A stretch of DNA of 61,198 nt, the filler included, from Squatina squatina (Eukaryota): the NCBI GenBank assembly GCA_031763465.1. It is 3 parts of 3 records of this genome, joined end to end, with 100 filler letters (N's around TTAATTAATTAA, not from the genome) between each part and the next. Parts side by side here need not be neighbours in the genome. Positions count along the whole stretch, not along the records: positions 1 to 14,956 come from JARFOE010000080.1; positions 15,057 to 45,588 come from JARFOE010000100.1; 1 more part is not named here. One strand, 5' to 3'. Position 1 is the stretch's first letter. Each line of letters begins with the position of its first letter. Positions 13,013 to 23,159 of this stretch are shown here, one piece after another. The notes under the pieces were generated by a model that was not told the DNA's origin, did not search any database, and saw only the letters and a list, made by a program, of their open reading frames with translations. A program made the position numbers and the translations under genes.

Positions 13013-15000
13013 NNNNNNNNNNNNNNNNNNNNNNNNNNNNNNNNNNNNNNNNNNNNNNNNNNNNNNNNNNNNNNNNNNNNNNNNNNNNNNNNNNNNNNNN
13101 NNNNNNNNNNNNAAGCTGGAGCGCATGTGTCAGGACATCAGATGAGGACAGCATCGGGCTCAGCTGTGATGGCTTTCGTGGTCAAATAGCCCGTCTACAC
13201 TCTGCACTCACGCACGGCCATTTGGCAAAGTTACCGTAAGACAGCCATATGTGGAAGCATATAACAAGTGGAATCATTGTCTTCAGGGCAGGAACAGAGA
13301 AAGTGGAGGGGGAAAAAAAAATGCAGAAATATGCTCTGTTGGGTACTATAATGTGTTTTGCATGACTGAATTTTCCCACAAAAAGCAGACTGCGAGAGGT
13401 AGTTTAATCACCAATGATAAAGTAAAACTGTAAAATAATAACTAAACAAATGATAGTCGGATAGTATTGTAGCCTGAATAATGATCTGTTGAAAACATTA
13501 AGCTTCAACCGGTTAACTTTTCGAGTTTAGAAATCAGCACTGGCCAAAAAAATCTTTTGTCAGCTAAAGCTGTAGACAGGAATCAGCTTTTAAACAGTTA
13601 CTTCCACATTACCATTACAAGCCAAAAGGTTTTAGCCGTTTCCATAGTGGTCTGGAAGAAGGATGGTGAAATTCAATATACACAGGTTCAACTAAGGTAT
13701 TATTTAATAAAAATTCGCAGTGTCAACAGAAGTCTGAAAGACTGAGAGTGAGGGAAGACAAAGTGATACAGGAAAGCAGGAGGCTACAGAGGGAATGACA
13801 ACAAAACCTTGAACAGACCCCCGATCTGGAGGCCATTTTAGTATCTATGTGATGCAAGCATTTAACGTGCTTGGTTCAGCTGTCTAAACATTAGGTGCGC
13901 TCTGTTTAGTTTTCACTTTTGGATAATGGAATTCTTGGTGATTTGTCATCCATGCATCATGTTTGGATCATAGACTCCAAAGTAAAAGCTCACCACAGAC
14001 ATTTTTGCTATTTGCATCACTGCAGGATGTGAGTATTCTATAAACAGGATGTAGGTATTCTGAACAACAGAATGGGGTAAACATTTTCCGGAANNNNNNN
14101 NNNNNNNNNNNNNNNNNNNNNNNNNNNNNNNNNNNNNNNNNNNNNNNNNNNNNNNNNNNNNNNNNNNNNNNNNNNNNNNNNNNNNNNNNNNNNAGCAGCA
14201 CACGTTTGAAGACACAGGGAGAGATTGCATCCGATCCACTGTACTCTAGAGAACAGGGGATTCGATAAACTTGGTGTGGATAAAACTTGATACTGGCCAT
14301 AAGGAAGGGATCTCGTTATGAACTTTATTGAGTTTAGGAATTCAGGAGCAAAATGAGACAAAAAGTCAGCTTTCTTTTCAGGACAGAAAAAGTGCAGAAA
14401 GGAGGATTTGTAGGCGATATAAGAGACAAACTTGGCAAGAGGCCAGAAGAAGCAGCTGCTGGGAAGGCAGGAAGACAGCAGTTGACGTATCCTTTCAAAA
14501 ACATTGTGTTTGGCAGATCTAATGGTGAATTTTCAGAGGTTACAAGGAGGCTTGAGATGCTTCAGAGTGATCAAGAGGCCAGGTGCAAGAGGCAGAATTT
14601 TACAGGAGACTGCAGAATGGTAGGCATGATTGATCCAAGGTGCAGTACTGGATTTGATGGAAAGGGAAGAATAAAGGGCATCAGCATTAACTTCACTGGC
14701 ACAGATTGAAGACTCAGAAGAATAAAAGCAGCAATTAATCCAGAAAAAAAGCAGCAAAGAGTTTGCAAAGGCCATCCCAGCTGGACAAAAAAGGAGCTGA
14801 CTGCTCTGTGATTAAAAACATCCACTGATTGACAGTAAATCTGGAATGTCAGTCTTTCCCCATGTGGGTAGATTTAATGTATGCTTAGCCAGCACATACT
14901 CATTCATCTGCTAAGCGGGTGGTCTTCAAATCACTTTTCCAAACTCGACACTAACGNNNNNNNNNNNNNNNNNNNNNNNNNNNNNNNNNNNNNNNNNNNN

Positions 15001-15012
15001 TTAATTAATTAA
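15001..15012. other. Artificial scaffolding linker TTAATTAATTAA
   Basis: Palindromic 12-mer with stops in all six frames, centred in 44 N + 12 + 44 N = 100 bp. Confidence 0.92.
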
Positions 15013-15829
15013 NNNNNNNNNNNNNNNNNNNNNNNNNNNNNNNNNNNNNNNNNNNNGTGAGAGATTTGCAACTGCATTCCCAACTTCAAATTCAGAGCTT
15101 TCATTTCAACGACAGCACCTCATTCTGAATTGTAGTTTTGTAAAAAAAAATTTATAAAGCTCATTCCTAAAGATCAATTTAAACCGCACATCATATTCAA
15201 TGTCGCTGACAGGTGTGCATTTCTGGTTTGGGTTCAAATCCAATTTGCATGATCTGAAACCAAAATAATAAAAACTTCAGGTGCATGACATCTTTACTGG
15301 ATATGACCCCGCACCAGTGGGCAACACAAATTGACAAATAATTGAAAATCTCCCTTTACTTAATCAGAAATGGTGAGTTTCTGGCTTCTGATGATTCATC
15401 TGATCAACAAATTCTTAGCAGGTCTCGATTATAAAAAAAAAAACTGTTTTTCCATTTTAAAAAACGGTGTGTAAAACTTTTGCTGATCTCCTGGACCAGA
15501 AGTCCTAATTCACACTGGCATTTTTTTTTCCACGTAAAGCAAAATATCAAGAGCTCCATGCATAGCAATTTTACCACGTACTGGACATCCAAGCAACAAC
15601 TACTTATGCTTCTAAATTAACTAAGAATCAATGAAAACATTCATTAAAATGTTCAATTTCATTTTCGTTGATTTGCGCAAGCGCCCCCAACTTCCACAAA
15701 AATTCCAGATAATTACAAGTGTGGACAATGAAGGACCAATGTCCAAGCAGCCATTTGAACTGCAAATGAAAGTGAAGAATTATCTTCACATATGCACTGT
15801 CAGGAACAGGAATTTATAGCTGTACTTAC

Positions 15830-15867
15830 AACATTCTGATTAACGAGATGACCTACAAACTTGCAGG
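15830..15867 (-). CDS. CWC22: Pre-mRNA splicing factor CWC22, partial exon (MIF4G region)
   Basis: Reads (A)CKFVGHLVNQNV followed by a GTAAGT donor; matches the CWC22 segment ASKFVAHLINQNV. The 5' part of the exon lies in the N gap. Confidence 0.85.
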
Positions 15868-16848
15868 NNNNNNNNNNNNNNNNNNNNNNNNNNNNNNNNN
15901 NNNNNNNNNNNNNNNNNNNNNNNNNNNNNNNNNNNNNNNNNNNNNNNNNNNNNNNNNNNNNNNNNNNNNNNNNNNNNNNNNNNNNNNNNNNNNNNNNNNN
16001 NNNNNNNNNNNNNNNNNNNNNNNNNNNNNNNNNNNNNNNNNNNNNNNNNNNNNNNNNNNNNNNNNNNNNNNNNNNNNNNNNNNNNNNNNNNNNNNNNNNN
16101 NNNNNNNNNNNNNNNNNNNNNNNNNNNNNNNNNNNNNNNNNNNNNNNNNNNNNNNNNNNNNNNNNNNNNNNNNNNNNNNNNNNNNNNNNNNNNNNNNNNN
16201 NNNNNNNNNNNNNNNNNNNNNNNNNNNNNNNNNNNNNNNNNNNNNNNNNNNNNNNNNNNNNNNNNNNNNNNNNNNNNNNNNNNNNNNNNNNNNNNNNNNN
16301 NNNNNNNNNNNNNNNNNNNNNNNNNNNNNNNNNNNNNNNNNNNNNNNNNNNNNNNNNNNNNNNNNNNNNNNNNNNNNNNNNNNNNNNNNNNNNNNNNNNN
16401 NNNNNNNNNNNNNNNNNNNNNNNNNTGAACATAAAAAGGGGGAAATACTTGGAATACAAAGTCTCATCCCCTCCAAACTGGTTAGATTGAGAACGATCTT
16501 CAACTTCTAGTACTTTTTAAATTCAAGATTACCCTCTCCAACTTTTACCATGTCTTCATTAAACTCAACCCATATTTAGCAAATACTGTTTTGTCACCAT
16601 CACAATCAATGTAACTACAGAAAGAGAGAAATCCTACTAATGCTTATTTATGTCACCAGCAAATGAAAAGATTTGGTTTTCTTCAAAAATGAGCACCCAC
16701 TTGTTGAACTTTTAGGTTGAGGACAGAGCTTATACGGTCTCCAAATAATGTTTATAGCTGTTTTGTCATACCATGAATACTCAAAACTTCCTACCTATAC
16801 TGACTCATTCGAACACATCGCTGATTGCTCAAGGTATATAAAAATGAT

Positions 16849-16895
16849 GCACACACACACATATATATATATATATTAATATATATACATACATA
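16849..16895. repeat. Compound (CA)n(TA)n microsatellite
   Basis: Seen directly; lies in the intron next to the CWC22 splice donor. Confidence 0.85.
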
Positions 16896-16896
16896 C

Positions 16897-17025
16897 CTTC
16901 CCCGAACAATATTTTCTTGGAGAAGTTCATGAATAATATTAGCTATGTTTGAGACATTCACTTTGTTGATGAGACCATTAATTGACTTCTTTAGAGCTTC
17001 CCAGCTCATTCGCTGATATGCCAAA
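16897..17025 (-). CDS. CWC22: Pre-mRNA splicing factor CWC22, internal 129-bp exon (start of MIF4G domain)
   Basis: Reads (S)[42 protein letters not shown](R), a hallmark CWC22 sequence. Polypyrimidine tract with TTATAG acceptor (AG at 17027-17026) and GTATGT donor; phase 2-2. Confidence 0.96.
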
Positions 17026-17153
17026 CTATAACAAAAAAAGAACAAGTGTGGNNNNNNNNNNNNNNNNNNNNNNNNNNNNNNNNNNNNNNNNNNNNNNNNN
17101 NNNNNNNNNNNNNNNNNNNNNNNNNNNNNNNNNNNNNNNNNNNNNNNNNNNTG

Positions 17154-19277
17154 TTCCTTTCCATCTGCACTGTCCAAAATGGGACTCTGTTGTCTTTGGC
17201 TGGATACGTGTGGACTCTGGATATTTAAATTTTCCACCTCAGAGCTTTCAACAGTTTGCAGGTCCTTGTCACCTGTTGGATCAGATGACAAAGTACTGTC
17301 TGGTTCCTTATTTTCAGGACTTACTTTCTGACAGCTTCTTTCATCTATTCTCTCTGTATCTGACAGAGACTTTCTACTTTTTTGAGAACTGGGTGCAACC
17401 CTAACTGGAGAGGATTCTGAAATGTCTGAATCGGTTTTGTAATCATGTTTCTTTTCACTAGAAGACACTCCATCAGGGCTTTGCATTTCTTCAGGAGATA
17501 TCGGATTTCCATATATTGTACCACATGAAGTTGGGCATTGGAGTTGCTCTTGTAAAGGACTATGACTCCTAGAAGGGATCTTCCCAGTACTGTCTGCAGG
17601 ACAAAGCGTCCTTTTTTCATCTGATGATTCGAAGTCTTCAAACCTCTCCTCTTCTTTACCATCTGGACTTCCTCTCCCACTATTGGTATATGAGCACAAT
17701 GGCGAAGTCTCTGAATTAGATCCTTTCTTCTCATGCCTGTGCAGTGATGTAGGCTGTTCTAAATCAGAACCAGGCTTATCATTATTCTGTTCTTCACTGG
17801 ATGTTGATGAGGATGACGAGGACGATGACGACGATGAGGAAGAGGTAGTGGAGGAGGAGGATGAGGAAGATGAGGAAGATGAGGTACTGGACGATCTTCG
17901 TCTTGAACTTTTAGAAGAGTTTCTACTCCTATCTTTTTTACTATTCCCTGAATCAAGATCTTTACATTTCGATTCTTCATGACTGACAATTGCAGACAAA
18001 TCTTTCTCAGAACTTGTGGCAGAGCAGGATAGAGCTCTACTGCTTGTGGAATGAATGTTTTCAGGCCAATTTTCTTTTCCTTGGTCAGAACTTGGTTCTT
18101 GGGTGTCTTCTTCCTGCACTGCAGAGGTTTTACTCTCTTCGAGACAATCTGGCAGTACCATTCTGCTTTTATGAAAATCAGGAATTTCATTATTGGATGA
18201 TCTGGGACTTTCTGACTCTGATTTGTGCACTTCTCTTTCACTTGAACAGGGCGAACCATCAGGTTTTTGTTGCTGGGCTCGAGGAGTACATTCACGTTCA
18301 TCACCTCTAATTCTTGAAGAGGGACTTGGAGATTTTTGCTTTGTACTTTCAGGGCTATTATTTCTGGAACATTCTCTAACAGAGCTCACTGCAGACTGTG
18401 TTTGTTTTCTATAACTTGGCGACCGGGTGCTTGGCTCATTACTGTCTGGACTTTCAGAAGTATTCCCTCTCCCTTGTGTAACAATACATTCTTCTTTCCT
18501 TCTCCCTGGGTCAGTTTCCACTAATTTATTGCTTTTCTGAGAGTCATTTCTGACACTTGAAGAATGTGAATCAGGACTCTTTGAACTTTTAAAATCTTCT
18601 CTGTGGGGACTACGTGATGAGCTCTCAGATCTTCGATTTCTGCCATCTCTGCTTTTCTCCTTTGATTCAAGACTCGGATGGAATTGCCTTGACTTTGAAG
18701 GGCTATAGTTTCTAGAATGTGTTCGACGTGTACATTCTTCTAGCGGTAAACTCCTGTTACAGGCTGGACGCGTGTCCTTAGATATTCTCTTGTCCCGACT
18801 CTCTGGACTTCTTCTGTGGCTATCAGCTTTTTCTAATCTACTACTAAACTTTGAAGTACTAGCCTCTTTCCTTGATGACCGACGAGGACTTCTGGAACTG
18901 GACCTGTATTCCCTCCTTTGTTGTCTGGGAGAAGAACTATTCGATTTTCTTCTGTGTCTTCTATTCCTATCATCCCCAATTTTGCTCCTTGAATCTGGGC
19001 TGTATCTTCGCCTCTCCTGGGGACTACGGCTTCTTGAAGGTTCCTTCCAAGAGCTCTCTGGAGAGCGTCGTCTTTTGTCACTCTCTGGAGAGCGTCGTCT
19101 TTTGTCACTCTCTGGCCTTCTATCCTTTGACCAGCCCAGTTGTTTGATATCCAAGCGTCTTTCTTCTCTGATGGTAGGTTTTTCATCCCTTCTTTCTCGA
19201 TCAGATATCCTTAGTCGATGGTCCCCATGTGAGAGAATTCTATCTCTTCTCTCAAAGTGGCTTTCCTCTTTTCTCCT
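17154..19277 (-). CDS. Large exon fragment encoding an Arg/Ser/Pro/Glu-rich low-complexity region, probably part of CWC22
   Basis: 708 uninterrupted codons spanning the whole contig and open at both N gaps. RS/RSP dipeptides, many SP sites and a poly-Ser tract. Same strand as, and adjacent to, the CWC22 exons. Coding status is well supported; the gene assignment is inferred. Confidence 0.75.
19054..19115 (-). repeat. In-frame 27-bp tandem duplication (PESDKRRRS x2.3)
   Basis: CTCTCTGGAGAGCGTCGTCTTTTGTCA is identical at 19054-19080 and 19081-19107, followed by a partial third copy. Confidence 0.95.
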
Positions 19278-19377
19278 NNNNNNNNNNNNNNNNNNNNNNN
19301 NNNNNNNNNNNNNNNNNNNNNNNNNNNNNNNNNNNNNNNNNNNNNNNNNNNNNNNNNNNNNNNNNNNNNNNNNNNNN

Positions 19378-19545
19378 CAGCATCTGTGAAGAAAGAAACA
19401 GTTAACGTTTCAGGTCGATGACCTTTCATCAGAACTCTGATGAAGGCTCATCGACCATAACCATTAACTTTGCCTGCCTCTGTATCTGCTTAAAACCTGT
19501 TGCATCTCTTAACTTTTTCCAGTTCTGATGAAAGGTCATGAATTA
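19378..19545. mobile_element. Penelope-like element terminal-repeat relic with inverted arrangement
   Basis: Three copies of a CTGATGAA(A/G)G...TCAT motif: one on the minus strand (19400-19436) and two on the plus strand (19437, 19525). Inverted/partial terminal repeats are typical of Penelope-like elements. Confidence 0.55.
19400..19436 (-). ncRNA. Minimal type I hammerhead ribozyme-like motif
   Basis: Minus strand AGUU-CUGAUGA-A-AGGUC-AUC-GACCU-GAAA-CG-UU-AACU. It has both catalytic boxes, a perfect 5-bp stem II, a 4-bp stem I and a palindromic AACGUU in place of stem III. Confidence 0.6.
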
Positions 19546-19967
19546 AGAATCAATCTTTGATTCTGCAAATTTCATTGTTCCACATATTTTAGAACAAACA
19601 TCATCGAACATTTAAAGAAAATCCCTTCTACAGGTATAAAGGAAAGGATTTGCAAACTTTGAGAAGCGGAAAAGGTTTTTCTGTACTCAAAGGATTAATG
19701 GTCAATTTTCGCAAATCACTTATTCACATGTGAATTACTGCATTGACATAGAATAAAATGCTAATTTTACATTGTGAGTATTCATGGTATGAACTCACTG
19801 TGTTCTCCTCCAGCATATTCCGTGCTGGAAACATTCATGATGTGATGTGATTGTTATGATTTTCAGGCTTCATCAGATATTTCTATTATGTTCAAACAAG
19901 GAGCACTTCAGTGAGTGAGCCCTTACTTCCTACAAACTAAAGTGTGACTTTATACATTATTGAACGT

Positions 19968-20536
19968 GTCCTTGAACATGTTGTCGCCTCCCAAATCCGT
20001 GCCCATCTTTCCCACAACTCCATGTTTAAATCCCTCCAATCAGGTTTCTTCCCCTGCCACAGTACTTAAGTGGCTCTCAAAGTCACAAATGACATCATTT
20101 GTGATTGTGACCAAGGTTAACTGTCCCTCCTCATCCTTCTTGACTTGTCTGCAGCCTTTGACACGGTTGACCACTCCATCCTCCTCTAACGCCTCTCCAC
20201 CGTCATCCTGCTGGGTGGAACTGCACTCACCTGGTTCCATTCCTATCTATCTAATCGTAGCCAGAGAATCATCTGCAACGGCTTCTCTTCCCGCCCCCGC
20301 ATTGTTCCCTCAGGTGTCCCCCAAGGATCTATCTTTGGCCCCTCCTATTTCTCATCTATATGTTGCCCCTTGGTGACATCATCCAAAAACACAGCATCAG
20401 TTTCCACATGTACGCTGTCGACACCCAGCTCTACCTCACCACCACTTCTCTCGACCCCTCCATGGTCTCTAAATTGTCAGACTGCTTGTCCGACATCCAG
20501 TTCTGGATGAGCAGAAATTTTCTCCAATTAAATATT
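19968..20536 (+). mobile_element. L2-clade LINE RT fragment
   Basis: LDLSAAFDTVDH, GVPQGSIFGP and MYAVDTQLY motifs spread across shifted frames. Confidence 0.88.
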
Positions 20537-20636
20537 NNNNNNNNNNNNNNNNNNNNNNNNNNNNNNNNNNNNNNNNNNNNNNNNNNNNNNNNNNNNNNNN
20601 NNNNNNNNNNNNNNNNNNNNNNNNNNNNNNNNNNNN

Positions 20637-21615
20637 TCGGTCGCCCGCTGCCTGGGCCTATTGATGGCCAGCCTGACCAGGCCCAGGAGCAGAACCACGA
20701 GGAGGGCCTCCGACTGGCCCGCTCTCCCCTGCACCAGGTGCCCAAAGGTCAGGAGCGTGGGACTGAAGTGCAACCAGAACTTGAGGAGCAGCTCCCTCAA
20801 ATAATTAGAAGAGGGGCTGCAACCTCACACTCAACATAAATGTGGAACATGGATTTCTCCAAGCCGCAGAAATTATGGGTGACCTGGGAGTCTGTGAACC
20901 GACTTAAAACCTTGTTGCTCAGGACTGCTCCGTGCAACACCCTCCAGGCCAAGTCCCCAATAAACAAGGGGGTGACTCCCACATAGAGAGACCTCCACTG
21001 GGGACCCCCGCCTCCTCCAGACCGCAAGATGGTATGCCACGGCATGTCCGGATGGCAGACGAAGATGACAAAATGGAAGGTGTGCAGGAGCATCCCATAC
21101 AGGAACCCACTCTGCGCGGAACAAAAGGGCAGGGAGCGGCATTCCCGGAGGTGGCTCAGGTTATGAGGCGCCGGCACCCGAGGGAGGTTTCAAGACGCGG
21201 CGCCGATGAGGAATTCTGGCCGGACAGGGTCAGTTCGGACGGGATCGCCCCACGTGCTTGAGCCTCCTCGACACACCTGGTGGAGTCAGGGCCCTGTGCC
21301 ACTTTAAGCATCTCGATGGCTTTGTCTGTGAGTCGGGTGTCAGCCCAGGACAGGCACTGTGCCAGCTCCTCCGGTGACATCCAACCCGCTTCATCGCCAT
21401 CGAGGAGGTCCCGGACTCTGGTCACCTTGGCAGCCATAGTCCTACCCTCCTTAAACCGAACCACATTCGGCCACATTATACCGAAGTCGTGGAGGTGCGG
21501 ATTCTTGAGCAGCGGCTCCTGAAGGATAGCTACCGCTCCCGATGGGGGAGAACTGCGCCTGCAGCTGGCCTTGTTCCAAACCCTTAGCAGTTGCTAGTAA
21601 AAGACAGGCAGAACT
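20637..21615 (-). mobile_element. Tx1/L1-clade LINE ORF2 C-terminal fragment
   Basis: GDLAWRVLHGAVLSNK...NFCGLEKSMFHIYVEC resembles the zf-RVT / C-terminal zinc-knuckle region. GC-rich and frameshifted. Confidence 0.8.
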
Positions 21616-22413
21616 ACCTATTATGCCACAATGATTAGCNNNNNNNNNNNNNNNNNNNNNNNNNNNNNNNNNNNNNNNNNNNNNNNNNNNNNNNNNNNNN
21701 NNNNNNNNNNNNNNNNNNNNNNNNNNNNNNNNNNNNNNNACTAATTGAAATATTGCTGCTAACCCTGCGATGATGGAGAAATAATAGATCCATCACACTC
21801 AATGAAATAGATTTGTGCTATTTTTACTCTTCTGTAAGCCAGCCCAAAAATAAGTCTGATGTGGCAGTAACAGCAGATGACTGTAATATGATACAGTTTC
21901 CCTCAGAGAAATGCTCAGGATGAATCACCTTACAACAAAACCACTGTAAGATAAATCAGTCAATTTTGGCAACGACTACTCCTGGAACTGCACAGATTCT
22001 GATTTCATTGTCAGTTCAGCAGGGGCTGCATTCATTTCTACTGACTGAGATGACAAATAACAAAGTCCATATGCGTCTGGTCATTGTGTAGAAAAAGGGG
22101 CAGTGGAATGATTTGATAGTGGTGACATTATCAGATAAATCAGGCTATAGAAAGCAGTTGTTTCAGTGCCATTACCTGAAAACTTAAATTTACTTGTATT
22201 TGGCATAAAGACAGAAGGGAAAATTAATGCAGCTGTGTCTTGTGTGCCAGACAAATTTACGTTTAATGTTACTAACATTTGCAAGATGAAATCGAACTAG
22301 GTGTGCATTTGTGGGAAAAAACTGAAATCATTGGTGAAAATTCACCAATCCCACATTACTAGCAGGGTGTCAGAATTGGAAATTGGGATACAACGCTGTA
22401 GCACCAATTCAGT

Positions 22414-23159
22414 GATCTGGAACTTGCGGTTCTGATGACGGAGAACTGGCAGCGTTTGCCATCATTTCGCCTTTGAAGCTGCCCCCAACTTCAGAATTTA
22501 GCGCGTGCACAGCCGAACACGGAAATCCTGAAGATGTGGGCTGTCATTCACTGCTCCTCCATAGGCTGTGCTGTGGAGACCCCCAACCCCCAGAGCCGGC
22601 AATCAGTGAAATCACGGATCCAATGAAAACTTCCCCTTTCCCGAACAGATATTGATGTTAGAAACCCCTTAAAAAGTTAGACCCATTCAAATGAGGTGTA
22701 ACTGGGTTTTTATGGGATGTCTGAGTAATAACTGTTGATAAACAACTATTCTGGCCCTGAAAAACGAATTTTACATTGGTGGAATGTCAAATTTCTCCAT
22801 TAAGCTAAACATAATTAGATTTTAAGATTAATAAAAAAATGTTTTTTTTTAAGTCTGTTCATGATGTCCCAATCTTTGTTTCAGTCTCTATAAAATTTCA
22901 GAAAGTCATGGATTATTCATGCTTTCAATTTCCTGGTCCCTTGGCTGTGAGAATTTTGCAATGTGATTGGCTGCTTCAACAGCTTGTTGACATCACAGCA
23001 ACTCGCACGATGGGATTCCCCACTACACTACGTTGATTTCAACTGCATGTCGGAAAAGCCGAACTTCTCGTGACAGAGACTGCAAGATCTTTGTGTGAAG
23101 CTTACTTCGGGGTCAGCGGTGAACCCCTTTGTTTCGCCGCTGATCGCATATTACGGGCC
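22414..23159. mobile_element. Probable degenerate MITE
   Basis: Weak inverted termini. Its left end resembles 30590-30722 in the reverse orientation, which shows it is repetitive. Confidence 0.4.

Noticed and set aside
1-15000. ZNF385B or downstream CWC22 exons expected from synteny
   Set aside because: I found no matrin-type zinc-finger or MA3-domain peptides by eye; small exons could have been missed.
15800-16510. Long ORFs of 209-220 aa
   Set aside because: Almost entirely N; only the 38-bp CWC22 exon piece is real.
16791-19154. Single continuous 787-aa ORF as listed in the track
   Set aside because: It reads through a placeholder gap and intron sequence. The CWC22 exon has its own acceptor and donor, and the listed start is an internal TTG in a frame that stays open to 19277.
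17683-19389. Plus-strand D/E-rich and L/S-rich ORFs
   Set aside because: Antisense shadows of the Ser/Arg-rich minus-strand exon.
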